Source of the DNA: Desulfatiglandales bacterium
GTDB lineage: Bacteria > Desulfobacterota > DSM-4660 > Desulfatiglandales > Desulfatiglandaceae
Length of the DNA stretch: 64,000 nt
Assembly (NCBI GenBank): GCA_963662465.1
Contig: OY759599.1
Location: forward strand, 6,400,001-6,464,000
Direction of reading: 5' to 3'
The notes beneath the pieces were generated by a model, which saw only the letters and a list, made by a program, of their open reading frames with translations, had not been told where the DNA came from and made no database searches. A program made the translations under genes and the position numbers. Positions 29,546-40,125 of the stretch are shown piece after piece; position 1 is the stretch's first letter, and the number at the start of each line of letters is the position of its first letter.

Positions 29546-32278
29546 TCAGATGTCTCTTACAAGGCGAAATCCAAGGTTGGCATAATGTTCACTTGGGTTA
29601 ATCCCACTTCTGTTACCGGAACGGCAGGCTTTTGCATAGCTGTTCCATCCGCCGCCGCGTATGACGCGAAATTCGCCGGATGGCGGTCCTGTGGGATCGG
29701 TGGCTGAATTATCGGAATATTTTCCAAGCAAATCCTGACACCATTCCCAGACGTTGCCATGCATCCCCATTAACCCCCACGGGTTTGGTGGAAAAGCTTT
29801 GGCGGAAATCGGCTTTTTTCGGTAAAGTCCCTTCTCACATTGAAGGTAAGGACGGTCACTGTCGTAGTTCGCTTCTTGAGAGGTCAAACAGTCTCCAAAG
29901 GAAAAAGGCGTTTGCGTCCCTGCTCTGCAGGCATATTCCCACTCGGCTTCAGTTGGTAATCTGTATTTTTTCGTTTTTTCGAGTTGATTCAGTCGTTTGA
30001 TGAATTGCTGAACGTCATCCCAGGATACCTGCTCTACGGGGCAATCATCTCCACATTTTTTGAAAAAGGAGGGATTTTTGTCCATGATTCTTTTCCAATG
30101 CCCCTGGGTGGCTTCTGTCTTCTGAATGTAGAAACTCTTGGTTAAAGTAACTTGATGTTGTGTCGTTTCCTGTTCGCCGGAGAGAATTCCCGTGGTAAAA
30201 GTACCTGGGTTTATCAGCACAAATTCCATTCCAAACTGGTTGGTAAATTGTTTTTCTGCTGTTTTTGGGTTTTCGACATTTCTTTCTTTTTGTGCTGGTA
30301 GGACAGCGGACTCTTTACCTGTGGACAGCTTCTCGGGTTTTCCAGGTGTCGCCCGAACTTTATAGGAAAGTCCGCTTTCTCCCTTTTCCTTATCAATTGC
30401 TGTAACAGCGAACTCATAGGCGCTGCCGTTTTGGAGCCCTGATATTGTTTTTGAACAATTTGTGTTTCCGGCGACGGTTCCGCCTACTAACATTTTGGTT
30501 TGGCCAACAAGTTTATAAACATTAAAACCCGTAATGGAATCAATGGCAATTTCAGCAGGGGGATCCCATTTCAGGGTGATCTTTCCGTTAGCGGGAATTG
30601 CTCTGACATTAAATGGTGGCACTGTGTTTCCAAAATATCCCCATATATAGTTTGTAAGCGACTGGCCGTCCCCACAGAATCCATAAATGCCGCTTACGCC
30701 GTCCACGGTTTTCCGCATCAGCTCTCTTATCTTTTTCTCATTGGGGAACGGCCAAAGGTTGTCATGTGTCACTTTGTTCCATCCTTGTTCTCCATAAAGT
30801 GTTTCCGATACGCCGATCTTTTTAAGAATTGTGGCCCCACAGACTGTTCCATTGCGCCCCATCGTGGTTAATTTAGAGCCGGGATCGATTTTGATCGGAT
30901 ATGTTAGTCCATTTTTATATGGGTTAACACTTTCAGAATTTCTAGTGTGCTTGTTACTGCCTACGTTGTAAGAAACGACATTCCTAATCACAACCGTCTC
31001 TGACTTTGAGCTTGGATTTATCCCTACGCTTTCATCATTAACATCGGCTAAAACACAATTCTCAACATGTTTTTCCCCTTTTTTCTTGAAATATATGCCA
31101 TCATATCCCTCAAGTTTAGCGCCGACTCCTGTGATATTAGAAATGTCAACATTTTGATTTTGTGCTAGCACGAATGCAGATAATGTTGTGGTATTTGGTC
31201 TCTTGTAGGCCATGTCTAATGCAACGCAATTCCTTATATTGGTTGATCCGGGATGTTTTTCATTGCCACAAATATAAAAGGCTATGATCATGTCTCTAAT
31301 TGACATACATCCATCTAAAATATGTCCTGTTGCCCCATACGAATCACCAGCCCAAAAGCCCCCTGTTTCAGGGTTTAACGGTTTTGGGTAATTCTGGATC
31401 CTATCCGAGTCAATACTAATGCAATTTTGATAAATCGTATCATCACATGCATATGCTCTAAAATTAAAAATTGCATATGCTCTAGACTTATAAATATTTT
31501 GTGGGTCGGACTGATCATGCCTTGCGACACATCTTCGGAATATATTGTATTTTCCGAACTTACAATAAAAAACATATCTTCCACTGCCCCAGGCAATGCA
31601 TTCCTCCATAAGATTAAATTGGTTTATTGCTCTTGAGCTGTCCGCGCTACCAAAACCACAGTTGTGATTGTTTCCTTTCAGTCCATGTGCCAAAAAACCA
31701 CAGCGAATAAATTTAGTATGATGCATATGGTAACAGATATGGTTTTTACCCAATCCAATATACTTATTGTCAAACACTATTCCACGGAATTCTAAAAAGC
31801 CTTGGGGGTGCTCCATTTTCGCTTGAATATGGATATAGGGTAGCTTTACCTTCCAGTCACTTTCAGCCTTTACGATGCTGAATTTCTCAGGTGTGCCGTC
31901 CGGCGGTGTATGTTTATTATCGATAAACATTTCGGGAGCTTGCCGCCAATCTCCATCGGCAATGATTACCTCATCACCTGGCGACATGACGCTCAAGGCT
32001 TTGTGCAGCGATATGTATCCTGAAACTTTTGAATTTCCGTCAGCTGAACCGACATTCGCGGGATTGCACCAAATAGTCGTGGCAAGCACGGCAGAAGTCC
32101 CATTTACAGCAAAAATGGAAAATGACAATGCCAACGAAAACAAAACCATTTTAAATGAGGCAAGAAAATCCCGCTTATTTTTTCGTAACCTAGAGAGAAA
32201 CCTTTGGATTTTAAAAAAAATTGGCAAAATGATCATTTCGTAATAAAAACGGCCAGTGAATTTCATTTTTCTGTCCAA
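29546..32278 (-). CDS. Secreted protein: beta-helix-like + FN3 + FGE/SUMF1 domain
   Basis: PGDEVIIADG beta-helix entry, ITLKWD..GFNVY..LQNGSAYEFAV (FN3), RLPTEAEWEYACR, NPWGL..MHGNVWEWC, LGFRLV. Confidence 0.8.
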   Translation of the reverse strand: MDRKMKFTGRFYYEMIILPIFFKIQRFLSRLRKNKRDFLASFKMVLFSLALSFSIFAVNGTSAVLATTIWCNPANVGSADGNSKVSGYISLHKALSVMSPGDEVIIADGDWRQAPEMFIDNKHTPPDGTPEKFSIVKAESDWKVKLPYIHIQAKMEHPQGFLEFRGIVFDNKYIGLGKNHICYHMHHTKFIRCGFLAHGLKGNNHNCGFGSADSSRAINQFNLMEECIAWGSGRYVFYCKFGKYNIFRRCVARHDQSDPQNIYKSRAYAIFNFRAYACDDTIYQNCISIDSDRIQNYPKPLNPETGGFWAGDSYGATGHILDGCMSIRDMIIAFYICGNEKHPGSTNIRNCVALDMAYKRPNTTTLSAFVLAQNQNVDISNITGVGAKLEGYDGIYFKKKGEKHVENCVLADVNDESVGINPSSKSETVVIRNVVSYNVGSNKHTRNSESVNPYKNGLTYPIKIDPGSKLTTMGRNGTVCGATILKKIGVSETLYGEQGWNKVTHDNLWPFPNEKKIRELMRKTVDGVSGIYGFCGDGQSLTNYIWGYFGNTVPPFNVRAIPANGKITLKWDPPAEIAIDSITGFNVYKLVGQTKMLVGGTVAGNTNCSKTISGLQNGSAYEFAVTAIDKEKGESGLSYKVRATPGKPEKLSTGKESAVLPAQKERNVENPKTAEKQFTNQFGMEFVLINPGTFTTGILSGEQETTQHQVTLTKSFYIQKTEATQGHWKRIMDKNPSFFKKCGDDCPVEQVSWDDVQQFIKRLNQLEKTKKYRLPTEAEWEYACRAGTQTPFSFGDCLTSQEANYDSDRPYLQCEKGLYRKKPISAKAFPPNPWGLMGMHGNVWEWCQDLLGKYSDNSATDPTGPPSGEFRVIRGGGWNSYAKACRSGNRSGINPSEHYANLGFRLVRDI

Positions 32279-32350
32279 TCTTAAGCCTTTTATTTCTCTA
32301 CCATATGAATTTTTTTTAGGGAATATCCCATGGGCTTATGCAACCTGCAT

Positions 32351-33670
32351 CTATAGCATATTGGGATCAGAATCCATAAGGTTTGAAAAAACCATTGCCA
32401 ATTTCCTTGTCAGAGACTTTCTTTCGTATTGTGAAATATCAATATCCTGCCTATTTCTGATTGTTCCTTTATTTGTAACAAGCTTTAAAATCTGATTCGA
32501 AATGTTTTCTACCTCTTTTGGATGAGCGATAGTGGCATTGCTGTATTCCCTTTTTAACAATCCGGAAGTCTCTCCCTCTGGAACAATGGCAAAGATGTGT
32601 TTTCCGGTTGCCATATACTCAAATGTCTTGCCCGGTATGATCTGATCCGATCCGGGTAGATCACTTAACGTCAACAAAAGAATATCCCCTGAATTCATGG
32701 CCTTTATGGCATGGCTATGGGTTACATAGCCCTCAAAATTGAAAATATTTTCAACGCCCTGCTCTATCAGATGTTCCATTTCCTGTTCCACCACGCGCCC
32801 AAAAACTTGGACCGACATCTTAATTCCCAAATTCGGATCCTTCTTAAGAATAATCTTAACAGCATCAATAAAGGGGCGTAGAGATGTGGCCTGCCATACA
32901 GTTCCACAGTAAACGAAGGTGACTTTTGAATTACCTCTGTCATCATTCTCCCTTTCTGTCAAAAAATATTTAAAATCATCACGGTCATAGCCGTTGGTAA
33001 TGACGTGTGCCTTATTTCTATCAACTGACGGGTTCCTATCAATTATACTCCTAACATAGCTTTCCGTTGCGGCCGTAAATGCCCAGCAGTTTGAAACCAC
33101 ATAACGCTCCAAAACCCTGTCAGCTTTGATGGCAAATTCTGACTTACTTGCATTCTCCAGAAATAATCGCGAAAACTGCCAATCATCCCTGAAATCGGCA
33201 ACCACGGGTAGACCAAGTATTTTTCCCAGCAAAACGACGGCAACTAACGTTGAAAAAGGTGGAGCAGTTACAAACAGACAACTTATCCTCTCAAGACGAA
33301 CAATTCTTATGAGAGATGTGAAAAGTCCCGGCCACCATAATATTTGTGAGTCTGGTACCATTAGCATTTGTTGAATATTCCTGAGTGCCTTTTTAATCCA
33401 CAGATTGGTCTGGAAAGGACTTTCCTTCCGGAAAAAGTCTCCTTTAAATTTGTATGATGGCTCAAAGGTTCTTGCGCTGTATATCCTGGAATTAGCCGCT
33501 AGGTCTCTCATTTGGCTAAAATCAAAAACAGGAACCGACGGATTTTTGACCGTCAACAAAACCGGATCCCATCCAAATTCTCTCAGATATTTTGAAAACT
33601 TGGTTACCCGCTGAACACCTGCACCCCCGACAGGAGGAAAGGCGTATGCAACGACTAAAACCTTTTTCAT
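32351..33670 (-). CDS. Glycosyltransferase family 4
   Basis: AYAFPPVGGAGVQR, ADFRDDW, ITNGYD, IPGKTFEY. Confidence 0.9.
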   Translation of the reverse strand: MKKVLVVAYAFPPVGGAGVQRVTKFSKYLREFGWDPVLLTVKNPSVPVFDFSQMRDLAANSRIYSARTFEPSYKFKGDFFRKESPFQTNLWIKKALRNIQQMLMVPDSQILWWPGLFTSLIRIVRLERISCLFVTAPPFSTLVAVVLLGKILGLPVVADFRDDWQFSRLFLENASKSEFAIKADRVLERYVVSNCWAFTAATESYVRSIIDRNPSVDRNKAHVITNGYDRDDFKYFLTERENDDRGNSKVTFVYCGTVWQATSLRPFIDAVKIILKKDPNLGIKMSVQVFGRVVEQEMEHLIEQGVENIFNFEGYVTHSHAIKAMNSGDILLLTLSDLPGSDQIIPGKTFEYMATGKHIFAIVPEGETSGLLKREYSNATIAHPKEVENISNQILKLVTNKGTIRNRQDIDISQYERKSLTRKLAMVFSNLMDSDPNML

Positions 33671-33859
33671 TTCAGGAAGCCTCCAGATCCTTCCAGATCG
33701 AGACCTTTGAATTTTAGGAAAAAAAAAGAAAATGGTCCTTTTCCAAAAAAAATATGACAAAAATTGTCAGTGAATTTCAATGTTCCATCCAAGAACCAGC
33801 CTCTGTTTTCGGTCCAGTATAGCATATTTTTCCTAAGAATATCGCCCTCCAAGAGTTTC

Positions 33860-34165
33860 AGCCGGAAAGGCTTGTCAAGGCCCAGTCTTGAAAATTTCTT
33901 AAAATGATATCCATTCTCTAATTTGATTCTCAAGTTCAGGGTCTGAGGGAATTTGAAACCACTTCTGGAACAGCATGCGCTTCATCAACAGCAACGGGGG
34001 GAAATCATCCGCGCCTTCTTTGCTTTTTCCAACATCGTAGTGTTCCAACAATATTTCCTTGATGTTCGCCCATTCCACAAAATCGTTAATTTTCTCCATC
34101 ATTTTGAGGCTGTGGTCATGTTCCAGAGACTTTGAAATGGCCAAATCGGTGAAGCTCAAATTTAC
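33860..34165 (-). mobile_element. IS5-family transposase N-terminal remnant, frameshifted
   Basis: LSFTDLA...MEKIN..VEW...GADDFPPL...QKWFQIPSDPELENQI (DUF772-like); no DDE domain or ends seen. Confidence 0.75.
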
Positions 34166-34167
34166 TA

Positions 34168-35376
34168 CTATTTGTTTGTACCCCGGTGATCCACACTTTT
34201 TCTTAAGACTTTTTGGAATGTACGCATGTATAATGATGCGCACTGCTCCCAAGTAAATCCGAGTACGGATTCCCTGATCGTTTTCCTATCCCAAGATCGG
34301 TTAAGGCAAACAAGGATTTGTCGACGAAGGTTTTCCGGGTCGCCCGCCTGGGCTATGCGCCCATTGCCTTCGTTGATGATCTCCGGGACTGATCCTACGC
34401 CTGACGCAACCGCCGGAGTACCGCATGCAAGGGCCTCCATGAGGGCGTTTGGCCGGCCTTCCCGGATGCTGGGCAGACAGAACAGATCTGCTGCGTTCAT
34501 CCAGATGGGGATCTCATGGTGGGGTCTTCTTCCAAAAAAGGTTATTTGTCGGGTAAGGCCCAAGCTTTGAGCTTGTGAGAAAAGGGCCTGTTTTAAAGGT
34601 CCATCTCCCACCATGAGGAGGTGTGGCAGAGCCTTTAAAGCATCAGCCATTTTATTCAGCGCTTCCAACAGGTAACAGGTTCCTTTTACTTCATCTAAAC
34701 TTCCCACTGTTAAAAGAAATGGGCCGTTTCCATGGATGCCAAGCTCCTGGCGGGCTGCGCTCCTGTCCATAATATGAAAACGGTGGAGGTCTATGCCGTT
34801 TGGGATCAAGAAGACTTTTTCATCTGGAACCTGCAGATCAAGGACTTTTTCTTTGAGGCTGTTACCCTTGACCGTAACGGCGTCTGCCATGCGCAATGCC
34901 CCCTTTATTTGGCTTTTTCGGAAAGTCAAGGTTGGATAGTAGTTGATGTCGCATCCGAGAGCCGTAAGGATGATCGGTTTTCCGAGCTTTCTGGCCACCC
35001 ATCCGGCAGCCACGCCGTCCGGAAATATCCAGTGGGCACTAATGAGATCGATTTGGTTTTGCCGGTCCAATCGTTTAACGAGTCTTAAAAGCGGCCCAAA
35101 CATGAACACAGGATGCATGAACCCCAGTACTCTGGGGATAACCACATACCGGGGATGGTAAACCCTCAATCCGCTGATTTCCTCCCTAACGGGAACCTGA
35201 GCGTGGGCATACTTTCCCTTATTCTTCTTTCTTAATATGGGCGGAACCCATGGAAGGGGTGCCACCACATCAACCCGGCATAGGGCTCTCAATGCCATGG
35301 CAATTCGGTAGGTAAAAACACCCCGCTCCTTTTCAGCGGAATTGGGAAAGATATTGCTTACCAGAAGGATTTTCAT
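34168..35376 (-). CDS. Glycosyltransferase family 4
   Basis: AHWIFPDG, IPNGID, VGDGP, EGRPNALMEALACG. Confidence 0.93.
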   Translation of the reverse strand: MKILLVSNIFPNSAEKERGVFTYRIAMALRALCRVDVVAPLPWVPPILRKKNKGKYAHAQVPVREEISGLRVYHPRYVVIPRVLGFMHPVFMFGPLLRLVKRLDRQNQIDLISAHWIFPDGVAAGWVARKLGKPIILTALGCDINYYPTLTFRKSQIKGALRMADAVTVKGNSLKEKVLDLQVPDEKVFLIPNGIDLHRFHIMDRSAARQELGIHGNGPFLLTVGSLDEVKGTCYLLEALNKMADALKALPHLLMVGDGPLKQALFSQAQSLGLTRQITFFGRRPHHEIPIWMNAADLFCLPSIREGRPNALMEALACGTPAVASGVGSVPEIINEGNGRIAQAGDPENLRRQILVCLNRSWDRKTIRESVLGFTWEQCASLYMRTFQKVLRKSVDHRGTNK

Positions 35377-35381
35377 GGGTA

Positions 35382-36510
35382 TTAGCTCGGCGTTTGTTCT
35401 TTCAGGGTTGATGCAACGATTTCAGGATCAAAGATCAGGCCCGTGGTCAGGTTGCATCCGTGGATGCAACAACAGCGGCTGATCAATTTTCGCATTTTGT
35501 CCGCTTCTTCAGATTCCCAAATCTTTCTGAAATCGTAATCATTTTTTCGAATATTGGTATAGGTTTTTGACAATTCGCAGAATACCACATCTCCGTTTGC
35601 ATAAAGGACTGACTCCATGGCGTTGGCATAACACAATATTTCACAGCGACCCTCTTCAAGCATTCTGATTGATAGTTCCCATATCTTCTGCTGTCTGGAA
35701 GGCCAGAATTGAAAAGTGTTTTTATCGCTCTTGTCTTTCAGCCAAGCGTAGGTCTTTCTGATTTCTTCCAGTGAAAGAAACGTGCTTCCTTCATCTTTGG
35801 GATCAAAGTCGCTGGAAGCATTTTTCGGTAAATTAAAAACCCCAAAACGACCCCCTCTGACAATATTTTGAATCGCAGAGGGATGTTCAGGGGTAAAAGA
35901 TATCCTATAAATTCCTTAAGCTCTGAGATATTTTGCTTTTGAACGGACAAAGCTGTTCTCAGATAAAAATCCGGGTAGTCCTTCCTGATTTTTTCAAGAG
36001 CCTTCAGAGTTGACATGACTTTCTCAAAGGAACCCTTGGCCCCCCTTATGGCATCATGGGTTTCTTCCAAACCGTCAAGGGAAACCTAAACGCTGAGGTT
36101 TGACAATAAACCTTCATCAAGAATAGAACGAACTGTTTCAACAGTAGATGCTTCAAACGTTCCGTTGGTTGCGATGCCGACTTCCCGTGTACCGCAACCC
36201 TCATGAAAAGCCCAAATGATTTCCTTAAGGTCCCTTCGCAGAAATGGTTTTCCACCCGCCAAAGACAGGGACACTGGATGCTCAAACGAGCGTGCAATCT
36301 TCCTGATTTTACCAATTGACAGCTCCTTTTCGGAAGCTGCATTAAGTTCCCTACAGTAGAAGCAATGTCTGTAGCGCAGGTTGCATCGGGATGTGACGAA
36401 AAAAATCAAAGCGACCGGTGTTTGTAGATGTTGAACCCATTTTTTTTGCGATTGCAATAGGCTCTTGCCAGGGGCAGTTGAAGATGTGGAAGTTTCGAAA
36501 ATAGTTTTTC
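35382..36510 (-). pseudogene. Degraded paralogue of the radical SAM gene at 23685-24836
   Basis: Collinear fragments; frameshift in A-run near 36445, CxxxCxxC changed to CNLRYRHC, TAG at 36086-36088 where the intact copy has Gln, frameshift near 35865. Confidence 0.9.
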
Positions 36511-36822
36511 TTGTCGATTATTTCTGCCTTCCGACTAAGGTGGCAGACATTTTGGCAATCCCCGACGTTTCAACACCACTATTGCGTTTAAAGCTCAAAA
36601 TGCCACAAATTCCACACATCACTTACACCCAGTATATCCGAATTAAGGGGAGGTCTTAAAGGTTGTCTTTCACAAATGTCGCTGGCCTTCATTGTCACCC
36701 TGAAATTCAGGGGCGTATTTTTCATCCTTTACTCTATGTCCGTTTATCCCCACTTACGGTACGTCCTTCAGATCCCAAACGTTGTTCATAGACAATTTCC
36801 GGTCAAAATGAAGGTAGTTGAA

Positions 36823-37899
36823 TCATGAATTTTGAAATTCTGCAAAATCGCCATCAGAGTCACCTGCCATAATGAACCAGTTACTCTCAGGCTTGCGATC
36901 ATTTTCTATATTAGAGTATATATAAAACCGAGGTCGGTGCTTATATTTAATGAAGCCCAGAATTTCTAAAGATTTTTTGAGCTCGATATCAGTACAAATA
37001 CATGATAGCAATCTAGAATGAGAACATTCCTTTTTAAATGTCTTTACGATTAAATATTTGATTTGCCGCAAACCTTTTGCCGGGCCAACATAATCAACTA
37101 ATCTTGACTTATCTTTATTTTTTATGAAAACGCCTAGTCCAACTAACTCGTTACCTCTTTCTACAATTATAAGTTGGTATTTCGCTAAAGGACAATTTCC
37201 GTACTTCCATTTTATGTATAAATAGTTTCTTATGACTATATTCGAATATCCACTTTGAACTTTTTCCCATAAATGATCAATTTGTTTTGGCGAATCTGAT
37301 GCATCTATAATTCTTACATTTAAGTCGCACCTTTTGAGTCTAAACGAAATATTTTTAAATATTTTCATATACTGAAAAAATTTTTTAATAACGTTTTTCA
37401 AACTATATAATTTAAGAACATAGAAATATTCTTCAATTTCTTTATTAACTTTATAACCATTTTTTATCCTAATGTGCGACTGAATGTCACTAATACCAAA
37501 TGCCATAACAATCGGACGCATAATTTTGACTTCATTGACCATCTTTCCGCCATAGCCTTTACCTCTATATATTGGATCTATTATCGCATCAACACTCCAA
37601 TAAGCTTCAACAATATTACCCATATAATTTAACTGAACCGGCATCAATCCAGTGAAACCAACAAGTATTCCCTCTTCAAATACTACGATATTATTTCCTG
37701 ATTTATTAGAAAAAGGATTTTCAATGTACTGCCAATTCCATATCTTATGCCTTTTCTTAAAATAATCAGAATCCTTTCCCTGGGACAATAAGTCTATCAC
37801 AGTATTTTTATATTTTTCTTTATATTCAGCAATATACATAATATTAACGCCCATTTTACAAAATTTTACATATATTTCTTCGCACAACTCAACCGCCAA
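36823..37899 (-). CDS. GNAT-family acyltransferase
   Basis: WNWQYIENP, IDPIYRGKGYG acyl-CoA motif, C-terminal GDSD. Confidence 0.82.
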   Translation of the reverse strand: MAVELCEEIYVKFCKMGVNIMYIAEYKEKYKNTVIDLLSQGKDSDYFKKRHKIWNWQYIENPFSNKSGNNIVVFEEGILVGFTGLMPVQLNYMGNIVEAYWSVDAIIDPIYRGKGYGGKMVNEVKIMRPIVMAFGISDIQSHIRIKNGYKVNKEIEEYFYVLKLYSLKNVIKKFFQYMKIFKNISFRLKRCDLNVRIIDASDSPKQIDHLWEKVQSGYSNIVIRNYLYIKWKYGNCPLAKYQLIIVERGNELVGLGVFIKNKDKSRLVDYVGPAKGLRQIKYLIVKTFKKECSHSRLLSCICTDIELKKSLEILGFIKYKHRPRFYIYSNIENDRKPESNWFIMAGDSDGDFAEFQNS

Positions 37900-38911
37900 A
37901 TTTCACAAATAGCTGTGGAAGAAGAAGATTTGCTTGGAACAAAGTATAATCAACATCTGTCTCCACATGAATTCTTGGTATATTAAACAGATTATTCTCA
38001 TCAAATTTTTTCACATTATGTTCGTAAGAGATTCCAAATTGATATCCGCAATTCTTGGCACAGTTCATGACCCTATGGTCATAGCTTCCAAAAGGATAGG
38101 CTATACTTTTAATTTCTTTACCTAACTGCTGTTCGATGAAATTTTTTGATTCCAGAAGTTCATACATCATTTCGCTTTTTGTTAAATTTGACAAAAAGGG
38201 GTGGCTTACAGTATGCGAGCCGAATTCTATTCCCCCGTCACTCATTTCCAAGATTTGATCCCAGGAAAGGGGCCGGGCTAACGCAATATGCTCAGATGGT
38301 ATGCTTACATTACATTGTTTTTCCAAATAACTATACAACTTGACTCGCTCCTTTTCGGAAACGGACCGAAATATCAGCATTACCGACTCTCTTATCATTT
38401 CCCTGTTTTTGTTTCCTGTTTCAAAGACATATTTTCCAAAATTTATCGAACCCCCTGAAAACCTTTTTATTATGTAAGACAATTTATCAAACCAAAAAAG
38501 ATTTGAAGACTCGACGAAAGATGTGGCCAAGAAAATTGTTGCAGTCAGTCCATACTTTTTCAAAATTTCCCAAGCTATTTCATAGTTATCGGCATAACCA
38601 TCGTCGAAAGTAATAATAAGTGAATTTTTTGGAAGTGGCTTCCCGGATGATATAGCATTAGATAATCTCTCAAAATTGATTACACTAAAATTTTTGCTTA
38701 CGAACTTCATTTGTTTATCGAATTCTTCTGGAGTAGCACTTATCGTTCCTTCCGAAAAAGGATAATCCTTTCCAGGCAATGGAAATATTCTGTGATAGGC
38801 TAATATATAAAGAAGGTTAGGCCTTATTGATATGAAAAACGGGGAAGAAATACATCTCAGATATTTAGACAATATTTCAGCTAATAGTACTTTTTTGCTA
38901 ACCTTTTTCAT
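37889..38911 (-). CDS. Polysaccharide deacetylase (CE4)
   Basis: LAYHRI, ITFDDGYADN, GSHTVSHP, AYPFG. Confidence 0.92.
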   Translation of the reverse strand: MKKVSKKVLLAEILSKYLRCISSPFFISIRPNLLYILAYHRIFPLPGKDYPFSEGTISATPEEFDKQMKFVSKNFSVINFERLSNAISSGKPLPKNSLIITFDDGYADNYEIAWEILKKYGLTATIFLATSFVESSNLFWFDKLSYIIKRFSGGSINFGKYVFETGNKNREMIRESVMLIFRSVSEKERVKLYSYLEKQCNVSIPSEHIALARPLSWDQILEMSDGGIEFGSHTVSHPFLSNLTKSEMMYELLESKNFIEQQLGKEIKSIAYPFGSYDHRVMNCAKNCGYQFGISYEHNVKKFDENNLFNIPRIHVETDVDYTLFQANLLLPQLFVKFGG

Positions 38912-39120
38912 CTAAACTTATATGTCCTCCAAAAAGATCTATTTTCATTTTTACCTTGCCGCATAACCCATTGGACGGAACAGCTTCGTTGAAACACTCT
39001 CGGCACTTTTCACCCATTCTACCTTTTCTTAATAGGGGCGATCAGGGATGGATCGGCGGCGGCGTTTTTTCAAACCAAAAAATGCTACAAAATTCACACA
39101 TAGGTTATACTCATTTGCAC

Positions 39121-40047
39121 TCAGGCATTAGAAAGACGTCGCAGGATAGACCGTCCAAAGCTTATCAGGGGCCTGGGGAGGAGGGTCAAGAGGAAATAGG
39201 CTATGATGCGGGAGTCCCATATACTCAACTTCAGAAGATGACAAGCGGTTCGATTGCAGGCGGCAAAAAATCCAGAGTGAAAGTAGTTCATCATCATAGC
39301 CTTGCCTCTGTTCCGGTAGGCCCCGGCCATGACCGGATAGATTTTTGGGTCTGTCTCGGGAAACAACCGGACAATCCGATCCAGACAGGACAGCGTGCCT
39401 ATAGCAACATCCACCCGGTTCTTTAGATTGCAGTCATGTATCCTTCGCCTCACCAATACGTCTGGGACCCCGATGATTTTATGGTTCCGTGCAATCCTGA
39501 GATACAAGTGAGTGTCTTCGGCCGTTGTCAGGCCTTCGTCAAACCCTCCCAGTTCTTTCAGCACCTGATTCCTGACGACCACGCTGGAAAGGAGAAACAG
39601 GGGAGCCGTCAGCAAAAGGTCAAACAGCATTCCGGAATGTATTTCCCTTGGATAAATACGCAGTTCCTTCCCTGTGCGGTCACGGAAATCCACGCTTCTC
39701 GAATAGACCAGGCTGGCTTCCGGATCCTGCTGGAATGCTCTGAGTTGCTTTTCCAACTTGGCGGGAAGCCATATGTCATCAGCGTCCAGAAATGCTATGT
39801 ATGCCCCCTTCGCCTTTGCGATGCCTCTGTTGCGGGCTCTGGAAGGACCTGATTGCACTTGCCTGATATACACTGTGCGATCGGTATAGTCCGCCATTAC
39901 AGCTGCCGTGTTGTCAGTGGACCCGTCGTCTATGACAAGAACTTCAAGGCAGGTATGGGTTTGAGCGAAAACGCTTTCCAGGGCTTCCGACAGGTATGGG
40001 GCGGAATTGTACGTGGGGATGATAACGGAGATCAGCGGGGCAGTCAT
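39121..40047 (-). CDS. Glycosyltransferase family 2
   Basis: SVIIPTYN, IDDGSTD, ARNRG, FLDADD. Confidence 0.94.
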   Translation of the reverse strand: MTAPLISVIIPTYNSAPYLSEALESVFAQTHTCLEVLVIDDGSTDNTAAVMADYTDRTVYIRQVQSGPSRARNRGIAKAKGAYIAFLDADDIWLPAKLEKQLRAFQQDPEASLVYSRSVDFRDRTGKELRIYPREIHSGMLFDLLLTAPLFLLSSVVVRNQVLKELGGFDEGLTTAEDTHLYLRIARNHKIIGVPDVLVRRRIHDCNLKNRVDVAIGTLSCLDRIVRLFPETDPKIYPVMAGAYRNRGKAMMMNYFHSGFFAACNRTACHLLKLSIWDSRIIAYFLLTLLPRPLISFGRSILRRLSNA

Positions 40048-40125
40048 ATGGTTTCAGGGGAGGGGTTTAGGCAAGTTCGGAAATGTTCTCTTGCTCTTTC
40101 AAATACTGGTTGGTATCCTCAGGCT

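Noticed and set aside
29546..29700. Diversity-generating retroelement (FGE/C-lectin target plus Avd-like genes)
   Set aside because: No reverse transcriptase and no template-repeat copy of this C-terminus were seen in the window
36086..36088. Stop-codon recoding (pyrrolysine) in the radical SAM copy
   Set aside because: The same copy has frameshifts and a lost cluster Cys, so it is a pseudogene
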